Source of the DNA: Eledone cirrhosa
Taxonomy: Eukaryota
Length of the DNA: 64,000 nucleotides
Assembly (NCBI GenBank): GCA_964016885.1
Contig: OZ024743.1
Coordinates: 38,130,001-38,194,000 of the forward strand
Reading direction: 5' to 3'
Shown here: in pieces, positions 15,691 through 34,876 of the stretch
Position numbering within the stretch: position 1 is the stretch's first letter
Layout: the number at the start of each line of letters is the position of its first letter
The notes under the pieces: generated by a model
What the model was told of the DNA's origin: nothing
Database searches by the model: none
Seen by the model: the letters and a program-made list of their open reading frames with translations, nothing else
Made by a program: the position numbers and the translations under genes

Positions 15691-18600
15691 TTGTTTAAGA
15701 CCGACATAATTTAAAACAGTTGTTCGTGGAGTGCCTGCTATAAAAGTTTTAAACGATGTTCTGAGAAATTAAATGATGTAATAAAAATGTTTAAGTCGCT
15801 GGTTTCATCTTAAACAAACAAGAAGACAATTTTAACTCTGAGACAAATACACAGACAAGAACATAGGAAGAAACAAGACGCAGGGGAGATGAATAGCTTT
15901 ACTTCTACTTTCACTATAATTATGACTGACATTACAAGATAGAGTACAATTTCTTCAATATTTACCCAGTGATAAGAGAGATGGACTTAGTTAAGACATG
16001 TATTGTGATCATGTACTAATATCACATTAACAATGTAGCAGTTTAAGCAACGACCAAAAAGTCGCTTGACTTGGTAGAATCAGCTGCCAGATCTGCATAA
16101 ATTCTCCTTTTAATGTCATGAAAAGTAAAGATGTATAAGTCTAATCGACTTTGAGATGAGATTATATCTGGTCTAGAAACTGTAGTTCTAAGACTCAAAA
16201 AGATTTCTAACAACCACTCGATCACCAACAAAAACACAATACACCTGAACATTCCAATTATTGAACCAATACTGCTTATTGGTGACAATTTGGCATATAT
16301 GTTTGAGCGTCGTATAAAATTCCTTGCATTATTTCTTCTGCAAATACCACAGTTTTAAAGCAATGGATTTAACATATATTTAAACATTATTTTCGAAATT
16401 ATTAACAAAGTTGCACTCATTGCAGAATATTTCATGAGAATTGGTTTGAACCGAATATTTGATATTAAATATCCGAACGTTAAACTATATAACCATAGAT
16501 GTTAAGGTGGTAATATTCCGTGTCTGCGGATGCAGATGGTTTCAAAGTTAATATTCTACTGCATTTAATACGTGGTACGTCTTTTATAATATTCATATGT
16601 AATACAGTTTTAGAATAATATTTAGATTAAGCTGGAACATGATTAAAATTGTCTTAACTTGTATTGTTAACCGGAGACAGAACATAGACCAAAGCACGCA
16701 TTTCCTCGTTATTATCCAGCACAAGATATTTCCAATTGACTTATAAAGTGATCCCCTATTTATATTGAAGCTTTTATTTATTTGTTATTTATGATCTACC
16801 TCTTTACTTTATATAATTAAATGCGTACCAATTTAAATTCCGTTTACATAATGACATTTTACCATTTATAGTCCTTCAATATTCATAGAATACTGAGAGA
16901 TGATGTTGATAGTAGGCGACAGGTCAAACCAGAGGTCGTTAACTTAGAATTATATTTAGAATATGTTTTGAAGATAACAGTATTTATATCCTTAAAATAC
17001 AGTCTGAGTCCAGAACGTGATAGTCTGTTTCACTTGTCTGTCACTGTTAACCGGACTGTTTATGGAATCAGTAGGAAGTAATAAATACTTGAAAAGATAT
17101 TCGCTTGAATTAGCAATTTACTTGCTTACTGAATGGTGCGTGTACAAATTTTACCGTCGATCCTTTTTCAAGTCTTTGTTAAGTACGAAGCTTTAAGACA
17201 GTGGAATCAAATAATAATTTAACAGAATTTGTCATTTTGTAGCTGCAATTCTGTTGAGGGAAATACCTAAGATAGTGTTCTATATACTACATACGTATAT
17301 CACAATGTTACTGAAAATCATTGAAAGCATGCGACACTATTTCGAAATTTTCTTGTTTTTAGTTTTCTTCAAACTTAGATTAATTTATCACACGTGCCTC
17401 ATAAAGTGTTGCATGATAATGAGATTAAGACATAACGTGTGTTTACTCTGAATCATTGACATTGTCTTTGTCAATTATTGAAATCCAGCATTCCTTTTAA
17501 CCAAGAATATTCCCACAATCTCATGATTATTTACCATTTTTTGTGTTTGTAAGTGTCCTGAGTGTGCTGAACACAATCATAACATTAGTAGACACATATC
17601 ATTGAGTATACGAATGATTTTCTGAAGTTGCTGTTGTATTTAATTTATGTGTGCGTGATTGCATGTATGTCTGTGATTGGGTAGATGAGGCCATCACGTT
17701 ATTACATACACATTTGATTTATCACATCGAGCTGTGTTACTATATCGATATAATCAGTGCAAGAGTAAGTGACATTAACGCTGATTTTATTGAAAACGTA
17801 CAGTTTGCTGTGCAGCATTACATACAATTTTTCTGCGCCCCGTTAATACTAGCCTAGGCTACGATCCATATGCCATTTATTAGTTTTAATCTAGGTGATA
17901 TGCTGTTAAAAATATTGCAACATGGATAACATTCCTTTTTGGTTAGACTTTTGCTAATTGCTGACAAAAATTTCTTAGTGTGCGGTTAGTAGTTCGGTCA
18001 TGTAATCCTTTATGTTTCCAATAAGAATGACAGAAATACACAAACCTTTTCGACCTCAAATAAATTAAACTAGAAATGGATGAGCAGCCATGAAATATTT
18101 TATAGTGTTCCTCCAGCTGGCTGTGATAAATACACAAATTCTCTCAATATGCACTATAAGGTATTACACAATGCAATGATATATCAAACATTATATTTAT
18201 ACAAACACTGTGCAATCTTGGGTTGGAATGATGTTGATTATACCGTTTAATTATGATTGTTTTCAGAATACACTCCTATCTTCATCGTCAACAGAAACAT
18301 GGAATCGAGGAGTTGAAACAATGTTCAGAAACCAACATAATTCAAACGTTCAATTTTAGTTTTACATAGACATTAATAAAACATGATAGATACACTGAAA
18401 TATAACTGGAAACCGGGTTTTCTTGTAAGTGATTGGTACGCAGTCCTATTTTCATCAAAGTTCAATCTAATGGGTTTTTTAATTTGTGTTGATGATATTA
18501 ATATAAATTCACATATCACTTTAGTCATACGTTCTTTAATGAGAATATAAATGGAGCTCGTAAGATCGGACCAATAATACAATGTTTTCATTGGTTTCTA

Positions 18601-19389
18601 CATTTCTGATACTATATACCGGCCGCAACAGCTGGTAGAGAGAGCTACGTGAAATAAACTGCCTTGTTTACATCGCCCGGTTCGGGTATTGAACTCTCAA
18701 ACTTATGAATTCAATTCCCGAAACAAGAAGCTACGTGCCTTCATATAAACTAGATTTATACCAGTTTACTTCAACACATTGTGTAACAGAGGCTCACAGA
18801 AATGAATAATTTTTTCAACTAGCGAACAATAGATAAAATGTTCAAATCTTGCCTGCGTCATTTTCTAGTTGACCAGTTTTCAATTATTTTAAATATATTT
18901 TACAATGTAAATACAAGTGTAATTTTCTGATTCAATGTTGAATATTGAATGTAGTGTTGTTTCAATAACATATTTAACGTGAGATAAGTTATTAGACAAA
19001 TAACGGAATTAATTAATTTTATTTACTATATATGTCAAATAAATCGTATACACAGGCAGTGAAAATGATGTTTAAAACTATTAATTTGATACACTCACAT
19101 ATATATATATATTACAACTGTCATTTTCTCTCACATTATTATGAAGAGTCAGTAAATCAAAACGTTTTTCATTTATTATACATTAATATATATATATACA
19201 TATATATATAAGTATGTATGTATACGTACATACATATATGTATACAGACGTACAGTAGTATACATACATGCACACATATATATATGCACGTATCGGTTTA
19301 CCGAACATTTATTATAATGATCGGTTTGTTTGTAAACAAACAAACAGCCCGAATTATGCCGTACAGTGTTTAGGCATCTTTCACCTTTG

Positions 19390-20430
19390 CCGGTCGCCCT
19401 CGAGTGAGGTGGCTAAAGCTTATAGTGTGCTACTACCGGTCAAATAGAGGAAAACAGAAAGGGAGAGGGAGATAAATCAGCGTTAATATCATGCCACAAG
19501 AAAAAAGGAGAAAAGAAGAAGGGGGAAGGAAGAAAAGGAAGAAGAAAAGTCAGGGTTAGTGTCCAGCTACAAGAAGAAAGACAGAAAGAAAGTGAAAGAA
19601 AGGTCGGTACCAATGTCAAACTACAGTCAGGCCATGATGTCGCGAAAAAATGTTTTTCTAGGGGACCCGTATCTTAACAACTACTACCGGTCAAATATAG
19701 CCAAACAAAAAGGGTGACGAAGATAAGTCAGCGTTAGTATCATGCCACAAGAAGAAAGACAGAAAGAATGGGAAGCACAGGAAGAAAAGGAAGAAGAAGA
19801 AAATTCAGGGTTAATGGCGTGCTACAAGAAGACAGAAAGAAAATGGAAGAAAGGTCGGTACTAATGTCAGACTACAGTCAGGCCAGGAATGGCGCGAAAA
19901 AAATGTTTTTTCTAAGGGGCCCGTATCTTAGCAGAGGTAAATATAGTGGGGGGTCGGTATGTTATAATATGTGAGCAGAAGATTGGAACGTTACATTTTT
20001 GTTTAGATTTATAGGATGAAGTTAAAAAATTAATATTTAATATTAACTTTATAAAATTAAAGAAATTAGAAAATTGAAAGTTAAACAGTTTAACAGTTTT
20101 AAGGTTGCAAGTTTTAAGCAAAGAAAGAGTCTTTTATGAAGAAATATGAATTTTATTATAGAGTCAAGATTATGTCTTTGTTTTGCCGTCAAACAGCATG
20201 CGGAACCCGGTCATTGAAATGATCATAGTATAATAAATCTTTCAAGGATTTACACAAGTCATTTACACATTTCATTATAATATTTAACTCCGTAATAGCA
20301 CCACCAACTACAAAAACAAAGACGGTTGAACTGCTTTACGTTGAGTACTCTCCATATTATTACATTAAGATTGACCATGCGGAATTGACCAGCTCTATCC
20401 AGTGGTGAACCTCAAACCTGAATAAATACA
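19390..20430. mobile_element. Non-coding element family C, with an internal ~250-bp tandem duplication
   Basis: 19430-19680 is similar to 19681-19930. Parts match 33522-34680 in direct or reverse-complement orientation. Fused to a family A fragment at 19210-19388. Confidence 0.65.
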
Positions 20431-20782
20431 TAAATATATATATATATATATACATATATCACGGCACCACACTTCCTCTCAATTAAACATTATTACATTG
20501 GAACATTTGTGAATCTCATCTATTTCGTTCCTTGCTTTTGCCAAGTATTCGACATTTCCTCGGAACACCTACTGGATTTCACTCATTCAAGTACTACATA
20601 TAATTCATGCATTGCAATCTATAACTTATCTAATAGTGTCTCTATGTGTATTGGGTTAAGAGTGTCTCTATCAGAGAATAGAATTCGTTTTCTGCTATTA
20701 TATACTTTTTCATTGTTATTCAGATATTTGTATTTTTTAACCATTATTTTTCTGTGATGAAGTAGTTACATTCTACGTTCGT

Positions 20783-20823
<41 letters not shown>

Positions 20824-20829
<6 letters not shown>

Positions 20830-23329
20830 TTAATATGTCCAGGGATACTAGGTACCCCTAGAAATACATAGGTTGTCAATGATTCAGGGTTGTTCAATGG
20901 TGTTAATTTGATACACCAGAACTTTAATATTAAGATAAGCAGAACAAGTAAAATTCAATCAATTTTTCAAAATACATTAAAAAATATAATATAAATATTT
21001 ACCTCTTCTAGTGGCCCTTACTGATCAGTTTCGCTTTGTAAAACCTCATAAATCCGATGGATTCATGATGGAAAACCAAAGCTCATCAGAGAAGCATTTT
21101 CCCATCCTAGGGCTAAACGGTCCAGTTTACATACGGGTCACTTTTACGACCTTTCAGACCTTTATTAGCTGGCAGGAGGTTGTATATTTTGTCGTTCCTG
21201 GGACGTTTAGCCCTAGGATGGGAAAATGCTTCTCTGATGAGCTTTGGTTTTCCATCATGAATCCATCGGATTTATGAGGTTTTACAAAGCGAAACTGATC
21301 AGTAAGGGCCACTAGAAGAGGTAAATATTTATATTATATTTTTTAATGTATTTTGAAAAATTGATTGAATTTTACTTGTTCTGCTTATCTTAATATTAAA
21401 GTTCTGGTGTATCAAATTAACACCATTGAACAACCCTGAATCATTGACAACCTATGTATTTCTAGGGGTACCTAGTATCCCTGGACATATTAACTTATAC
21501 CTTTTTCTCCGTCCGTTGAGAACAAATCTGTTGCTTTACTAGGCTGCTATTTCTTTAGTAGTAATTGTAGACAGCAAGTCTTTGATTTTCCCGCTTTTAC
21601 TTCGGTCCAGTTTACATACGGGTCACTTTTACGACCTTTCAGACCTTTATTAGCTGGCAGGAGGTTGTATATTTTGTCGTTCCTGGGACGTTTAGCCCTA
21701 GGATGGGAAAATGCTTCTCTGATGAGCTTTGGTTTTCCATCATGAATCCATCGGATTTATGAGGTTTTACAAAGCGAAACTGATCAGTAAGGGCCACTAG
21801 AAGAGGTAAATATTTATATTATATTTTTTAATGTATTTTGAAAAATTGATTGAATTTTACTTGTTCTGCTTATCTTAATATTATAGTTCTGGTGTATCAA
21901 ATTAACACCATTGAACAACCCTGAATCATTGACAACCTATGTATTTCTAGGGGTACCTAGTATCCCTGGACATATTAACTTATACCTTTTTCTCCGTCCG
22001 TTGAGAACAAATCTGTTGCTTTACTAGGCTGCTATTTCTTTAGTAGTAATTGTAGACAGCAAGTCTTTGATTTTCCCGCTTTTACTTCGGTCCAGTTTAC
22101 ATACGGGTCACTTTTACGACCTTTCAGACCTTTATTAGCTGGCAGGAGGTTGTATATTTTGTCGTTCCTGGGACGTTTAGCCCTAGGATGGGAAAATGCT
22201 TCTCTGATGAGCTTTGGTTTTCCATCATGAATCCATCGGATTTATGAGGTTTTACAAAGCGAAACTGATCAGTAAGGGCCACTAGAAGAGGTAAATATTT
22301 ATATTATATTTTTTAATGTATTTTGAAAAATTGATTGAATTTTACTTGTTCTGCTTATCTTAATATTAAAGTTCTGGTGTATCAAATTAACACCATTGAA
22401 CAACCCTGAATCATTGACAACCTATGTATTTCTAGGGGTACCTAGTATCCCTGGACATATTAACTTATACCTTTTTCTCCGTCCGTTGAGAACAAATCTG
22501 TTGCTTTACTAGGCTGCTATTTCTTTAGTAGTAATTGTAGACAGCAAGTCTTTGATTTTCCCGCTTTTACTTCGGTCCAGTTTACATACGGGTCACTTTT
22601 ACGACCTTTCAGACCTTTATTAGCTGGCAGGAGGTTGTATATTTTGTCGTTCCTGGGACGTTTAGCCCTAGGATGGGAAAATGCTTCTCTGATGAGCTTT
22701 GGTTTTCCATCATGAATCCATCGGATTTATGAGGTTTTACAAAGCGAAACTGATCAGTAAGGGCCACTAGAAGAGGTAAATATTTATATTATATTTTTTA
22801 ATGTATTTTGAAAAATTGATTGAATTTTACTTGTTCTGCTTATCTTAATATTAAAGTTCTGGTGTATCAAATTAACACCATTGAACAACCCTGAATCATT
22901 GACAACCTATGTATTTCTAGGGGTACCTAGTATCCCTGGACATATTAACTTATACCTTTTTCTCCGTCCGTTGAGAACAAATCTGTTGCTTTACTAGGCT
23001 GCTATTTCTTTAGTAGTAATTGTAGACAGCAAGTCTTTGATTTTCCCGCTTTTACTTCGGTCCAGTTTACATACGGGTCACTTTTACGACCTTTCAGACC
23101 TTTATTAGCTGGCAGGAGGTTGTATATTTTGTCGTTCCTGGGACGTTTAGCCCTAGGATGGGAAAATGCTTCTCTGATGAGCTTTGGTTTTCCATCATGA
23201 ATCCATCGGATTTATGAGGTTTTACAAAGCGAAACTGATCAGTAAGGGCCACTAGAAGAGGTAAATATTTATATTATATTTTTTAATGTATTTTGAAAAA
23301 TTGATTGAATTTTACTTGTTCTGCTTATC

Positions 23330-23336
<7 letters not shown>
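20824..23336 (+). mobile_element. Retrozyme-like array: 485-bp HHR monomer x4.6 with a 296-bp inverted head
   Basis: Units start at 21118, 21603, 22088, 22573 and 23058. 20824-21119 is the reverse complement of 21204-21499. Only one substitution seen between units (near 21884). (TA)n on both sides. No conserved ORF. Confidence 0.92.
21228..21309 (+). ncRNA. Type I hammerhead ribozyme, repeated every 485 nt (five copies, plus one antisense)
   Basis: CUGAUGA at 21234; stem II gcuuug/caaagc with an inner ucaugaaucc/ggauuuauga helix; GAAA at 21291; palindromic stem III acugaucagu; GUA cleavage triplet ending at 21304. Confidence 0.85.
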
Positions 23337-23390
<54 letters not shown>

Positions 23391-23564
23391 TAAAGAGTTA
23401 ACAAGATTCAATGAGTACATCAAAGAATGAGTTTTACAGTAGATTGGAAGAACTCTACAAATGAAATAATTAGGGTATAAATGTTGAGTTTTCTCTTCGG
23501 TTAATCACTACCTTGATTAAATATTAACCATTTAACATCTCAGGGTATGTCATGTATCATTATA

Positions 23565-23615
23565 TTTTGTCTGATGAGGACGTACTGTTGTACCTCTGAA
23601 ATGTGTATAATAAAA
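23565..23615 (+). ncRNA. Minimal hammerhead ribozyme in a short element (about 23390-23660)
   Basis: uuuugu-CUGAUGA-[guac/guac hairpin]-GAAA-ugugua-UA-auaaaa. Confidence 0.65.
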
Positions 23616-23659
23616 TTTAATTGATCAAAAGAACATCTATTTTATTAATATCTGTATGG

Positions 23660-24663
<1,004 letters not shown>

Positions 24664-24666
<3 letters not shown>

Positions 24667-25007
24667 GATATTAAATAAATGGAAACTATTTTTATAAAAC
24701 CATATCTATTTCATTATACATATTTCAGGGATATCATATTAACAATATGCTATGCCTTCCTCAGACAAAATACAATATAGACAGTTTTATTTATCTATAA
24801 AACTGTCTATATTGTATTTTGTCTGAGGAAGGCATAGCATATTGTTAATATGATATCCCTGAAATATGTATAATGAAATAGATATGGTTTTATAAATATA
24901 GTTTCCATTTATTTAATATCGTAAATATACTCCAAATACTTGTTGAGTGCTTTTATATCAGATATAAATATTTACTAGTTGTAACCCAACAATTTAAATA
25001 TAACTTT

Positions 25008-25008
<1 letters not shown>
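24664..25008 (+). mobile_element. Family B HHR element with 127-bp inverted arms
   Basis: 24664-24790 and 24797-24923 are inverted (one mismatch seen). HHR uuuugu-CUGAGGA...GAAA-uaugua-UA-augaaa at 24817-24878. Confidence 0.8.
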
Positions 25009-25056
<48 letters not shown>

Positions 25057-25089
25057 CACATATATATATTATATATATATATATATAAA

Positions 25090-25842
25090 TCTCCTCTTCC
25101 GACCATATCTCCATGGATTACTCGTATGTGGAGCTTGACCGCGGAATCAACTACCATCCCAGGAGTTTACCAACCTTTCAACCACATCTCCTTACGGAAT
25201 CACCTTTATAACTCACCCACACACACCCTAAAAAATGTTTTCCTACACGCCACCTACACCCACAACACGCTTAATCCCCACACACACGTGCTTTCCACCA
25301 CATATTTTAATCTTCAACCTCCGGATTCCTCTCCCCCCACCCCTCTATCCACACACGCACACACACTCTGACCTACACCCCACCCCACACACACCTCTTC
25401 CTGAATATGCAACCCCATTCTTCCCCCAACCCTTGCTTTCACATACACACACACACACACACACGTACACCTACACACACACACCACCTTCAGCCCTCCC
25501 CGCTCGGACACCCCGTCTCCCTCTCCCCACTCCACCCGGCACCACCCCTACACACCCAACACCCTTCCACCACCTGTTTTACCCCATTTTAATTTTATTT
25601 TATTTTGATCATGCTTTTATTTTTAATTTCATTCGCACCGTTTCCTCCCATCCCCTTTTCGCTATATGTCTCTCCACCACTCCCCTACACACCCTTTGAA
25701 CTCTCTTCCCACACACTTTTCACCAGAAGAAGGGCTTATGCCCGAAACGTCGTTCCCCACCACCACCCCACTTTCCAGAGCGTGAAATTAATAAACATTC
25801 GTTTTTCATGCCTCTGTTTTGTTCCTGTTCAAAATTTCCATT
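25090..25842 (+). mobile_element. PLE 3' remnant with a degenerate minimal HHR
   Basis: LSTTSPYGIT-like endonuclease tail, a C-rich UTR, and CAGAAGA-a-gggc(uuau)gccc-GAAA-cgucg-UU at 25724-25754. Stem I is not evident. Confidence 0.5.
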
Positions 25843-25888
25843 ATATATATATTAATTGCTGTATGTATATTTAATAATCTCCCATAAG

Positions 25889-26430
25889 GTTGAGATACAA
25901 TTTGGGCGATATTGGGCTGCGCTTTCTAGCAACCAACCCACTCGCCGTAAGCAACCAATCACACCATTCCTGCCTTGACCACTTTCACGTCACAGATTTG
26001 AATTCGTGTTTGGCGGGGTCCACTTCGGAAAATATTATGTCCTAACGAGTTTGTCCCTGAAGAGCTCTAAACTCGAGTATTATCCTTAATAAGATATCTC
26101 AAAATGTGAGCGAAACCTATGGGTCGGGATTTAGTGATTTAATCCTGGTATGTATATAAGAATTTCTAACATTAATTTTCACCTAATTATGTATGGTTGT
26201 CCGTATATTTAATTAATGTCCACGTGCTGTTGAAATGTTGGGTAAATATTCTATAGAGGTTGGACGCAAAGACGCTGCTGCGGCGTATTTATTTACTGTT
26301 TCTTCATGGGTGCCTTTTATTCTTATATCCTGGTCTAATTGATTTTTGTGTGGTTAATTATGGTGATTGAGAGTAGATATTATGTATATATATTATCAAA
26401 TAATTCTCTGGACATGCTTTAATCTATAGT
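25889..26430 (+). mobile_element. Family D HHR element (diverged paralog at 53805-54316)
   Basis: Colinear similarity to 53805-54316. HHR at 26053-26130: CUGAAGA-gcuc/gagc-GAAA-ccuauggg-UC-ggg. Confidence 0.75.
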
Positions 26431-26545
26431 ATATATATATATATATACATATATATTATATATATATATATATATACATATATTTTATATATATATATAG
26501 AGAGAGAGAGATTACAATAATTAAAGTTCAGTTTAAATCATTTAT

Positions 26546-26594
26546 TTGCTTACAATTGTTTCCTCCGAACCGAGGTTTGGGTTCTTCGGAGCAA
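26546..26594 (-). ncRNA. Hammerhead-like motif (U4C variant)
   Basis: uugcu-CCGAAGA-acc/ggu-...-GAAA-caauug-UA-agcaa: perfect 5-bp stem I and palindromic stem III. Confidence 0.55.
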
Positions 26595-26957
26595 CTATTT
26601 AGTGATCTATAACATACTTGACCTCCTTTTCAACACAAGAGACATATAAAAACATATGCACATATTGATCCACAGTGGGATGACATCCATCAAAATGATA
26701 TAGCATGGCAATTTACATATAAAGGTTAAAGGATAAAGATAAAAATAAAAATAAAAATAAAAATAAAAATGAAGCATTGGCAGTCTATGAAGATAAAGCA
26801 AGAGGAAAGTTTAGAGTAGTCAGTGTATGAAACAATCTCACGTGTAGCATGCACGCGTGTCTTATTTATACAGGATTATAGTGCGTCAGAATGTTACTTG
26901 CAGGGTCAGGCAGTTGAAGCAGGCAATCGATATATATAATAGTCGATATATATATAT

Positions 26958-27142
26958 AATTGTTTCTACTTTTGGCACAAGGCCAGCAATTACCCAGTGT
27001 ATTACTGGTACTTTATTTTATCGACCCCATAAGGATGAAAGGCAAAGTTAACCTCGGCGGGATTTGAACTCAGAATGGCAAGGGCCGTAACTCTATGCGT
27101 CAAAGCATGGCGTCCGACCCTCTACCGATACTGCCAATCCAC
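26958..27142 (-). mobile_element. tRNA-derived SINE
   Basis: A box TGGCAGTATCGG and B box GAGTTCAAATCC. Close copies at 38972-39157 and 55894-56077. Confidence 0.85.
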
Positions 27143-28173
27143 AATAATGATAAATCGATATACATAATAATGATAAATTATATATACATTTATAATTAAA
27201 TATAAAATGTAATAGTATGTATATTGGGGATCAATTTTTAAAACAATAATGTATATTATTACACATATGATATATCTATTTGGACATATTAACAGCTATA
27301 CAATTCTTCATAACATATACCTTGTCCAGTAATGAATAGATAACAATCTAAAGAGACCTTTAATGTATGATAGTAAAATACACTGTATTAAAAATCAAGT
27401 ATAAATATATAAAATTATGTAATATAGATTCAATGGTATCACATTATAATGTGTATTAGAGCAAAGAATTTAAATAACTGAATTGAATTTAATTACCTAG
27501 TTACCACCCACCCCCCACCTTACGCATTAGCTCCCCTTATTCACTTCTGGAAATTAACGATTAACGATTGGAAAATTTACCCTTTGATCAACTATAGTCC
27601 ATGAATATGAATACAAGAAGACTAATTTACAATCCATTGCTCTAACTAACTTAAAACATTCAATATAAACATTAACTAAATTTTATTCAACATATGTAAT
27701 GGAAAAGACTGCAAAAACTTTATGTTTCTCAACACACACAAATTCAAACACTACCAACATACTATATCCATCATTGCTTTTAATAAAGTAAAATAGTTGC
27801 TTAAAGTGCAGTATTTACTTATCTCTATATGCATAATAACTTGTTTCCTTCTCATATATATGACTAACGCAGTTGCACTCTCCGCACGCCTGCATATGTA
27901 TCGTTAATGTACTCTTCCTTTCTCAAAACTCATTTCTCAATGCCTCTTTAATTATTGGACTATTATCTTGTTTTATCTGTTGCGTGTATTCCACTCTGTG
28001 ATTTAAATTTTAATTTGAATTTTTGTACAATTATTGAACAATTCTCGTAAAATATATGTCACATCCATTCCACCCTGTAAATACGAAACTGTTGCTCACA
28101 ACATCAATATATATGTATCTATATTATTGTTCAGTTGGATAGGATGGTAATTATATGTACAAACATTGATAAT

Positions 28174-28218
28174 GATCCGATGACCCCAAACGAGAGTTTG
28201 TAAGAAACGATTGTCAGC
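28174..28218 (+). ncRNA. Degenerate hammerhead-like motif
   Basis: CCGAUGA...aaac(gaga)guuu...GAAA-cgauug-UC. Stem I is weak. Confidence 0.35.
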
Positions 28219-28258
28219 TATGAAATGATTTGAACACAACTTTGATAATGGTCTAATT

Positions 28259-32813
<4,555 letters not shown>

Positions 32814-32824
32814 TATACATATAT

Positions 32825-32868
<44 letters not shown>

Positions 32869-32939
32869 TATATATAGAGAGAGATATATATATATATAAC
32901 ATATATATATATATATACATATACACTATATATATATAT

Positions 32940-32990
<51 letters not shown>

Positions 32991-33007
32991 TTATATATAT
33001 ATATACA

Positions 33008-33094
<87 letters not shown>

Positions 33095-33149
33095 TATATA
33101 AATGAAAGGTATAGAAAACACTGCAGCGAAAAGCGAACAGCATCCCATA

Positions 33150-33181
<32 letters not shown>

Positions 33182-33183
33182 CG

Positions 33184-33311
33184 TCCCCTTATAGTCTGAG
33201 TTCAAATCCCGCCGAGGTTAACTTTGCCTTCCATCCTTACGGGGTCCATAAAATAAAGTACCAGTAATGTACTGGATATTTAATGGCCTAGTGCCAAATG
33301 TAGAAACAATT
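33184..33311 (+). mobile_element. 5'-truncated tRNA-SINE copy
   Basis: ctgagttcaaatcccgccgaggttaactttgcc...gtaccagtaa...tagaaacaatt. Confidence 0.8.
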
Positions 33312-33488
33312 ATATATATATAGTATTAAGGATACTATTAATGGTTATGTATATAATAAAACCTTTTATGGTTATATATTTTTTATACAAACCCCAAATA
33401 GTGAAAGATAGTCATTTATTACTATCTTATTACCAGTAAGATAAATAGCTCAATGTAATAACATGAGTTGTTTTACAGAGCAGTTATA

Positions 33489-33521
<33 letters not shown>

Positions 33522-33527
<6 letters not shown>

Positions 33528-34876
33528 TCAGGTTTGAGGTTCACCACTGTATAGAGCTGGTCTATTCCGTATGGTCAATCGTAATGCAATAATATAGAGA
33601 GTACTCAACGTACAGCAGTTCAACCGTCTTTGTTTTTGTAGTTGGTGGTGCTATTACGGAGTTAAATATTATAATGAAATGACAGGAGGCTGGATTTGTG
33701 TAAATCCTTGAAAGGTTTATTATACTATGATCATTTCAATGACCGGGTTCCGTATGAATCCGGTGATATCATCAGGTATTCGAAATATAATACGTGAATG
33801 TAATAGGTAAAATCCATGGGGCTGAAAATCGAGACCCGAGGGCGACCGCTATTCTGTTCCTTCAACCTCAGCCGGTCGCCCTGGAGTGACGTGGCTAAAT
33901 TTTACAGTATGCTACTACCGGTCAGATGAACGAAAACAGAAAGAGATGGGAGCATAGGCGAACGAGCTCACCTAGAGTGCTTGGAAAAATAAATTTCCCC
34001 TTCTTTCAGTAAATGAAAATACTCGGCGTGGCTTAATTCGCCATGGGGCCCGGGGCGCGGCCGTTGTTTTAACCGCCAAATAGTACCTTTAAATTACAGA
34101 ACAAATCGGAACTATTATATAATTAATTGTTAAACTGTTGAACTTTAAATTTTCTAACCTCTTTAATATTGAATATTGATTATTAAATTTTTTTAACTTC
34201 ATCCTAGAAGTCTAAACACTGTAAAACAGTGACTCCCAATATATCCATCTCCGCTAAGATGCGGGTCCCTGTGAAAATTTTCTCGCGTCACTCCTGGCTT
34301 GACTGTGGTCTGACATTAATATCGACCTTTCTTCCTCTTCCTTTCTATCTTCCTTCTTGTAGCCATCAACCCTTACTTTTCTACTTCTCTCTTCCCTTCC
34401 TTCTCTCCTCTCCTCCTCCCTGCAGACTTATATTCCTTCCCCCTCTTGCTTGCCTATATCTGACCAGTAGTAGTTACCTTCCTCTTTTAGCTGACATTAA
34501 CCCTGACTTCTCTTCTTCTTCCTTCCCCCTTCTTCTCCTTCCTTTCTTTCTTTCTTTTACCTTGTGTCATGGGATCGACGTTAACCTATGCTCCCATCTC
34601 TTTCTGTTTTCGTTCATCTGACCGGTAGTAGCATACTGTAAAATTTAGCCACATCACTCCAGGGCGACCGGCTGAGGTTGAAGGAACAGAATAGCGGTCG
34701 CCCTCGGGTCTCGATTTTCAGCCCCATGGATTTTATCTATTACATTCACGTATTATATTTCGAATACCTGATGATATCACCGGATTCATACGGAACCCGG
34801 TCATTGAAATGATCATAGTATAATAAACCTTTCAAGGATTTACACAAATCCAGCCTCCTGTCATTTCATTATAATA
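33522..34876. mobile_element. Family C element with ~290-bp inverted arms and an HHR-like core
   Basis: 33666-33957 is the reverse complement of 34585-34876. CUGAUGA...GGAA-cccgg-UC at 34768-34802. A fragment also occurs at 56708-56832. Confidence 0.7.

Noticed and set aside
16043-16288. 81-aa minus-strand ORF with a hydrophobic stretch
   Set aside because: No recognisable domain and no convincing splice context.
21118-23336. CRISPR array or simple satellite interpretation of the tandem array
   Set aside because: There are no unique spacers or cas genes and the context is eukaryotic. The HHR in each unit and the inverted head fit a retro-mobilised element better.
26958-27142. tRNA gene
   Set aside because: A and B boxes are present but there is no cloverleaf. 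Multiple dispersed copies, one with a target-site duplication, identify it as a SINE.
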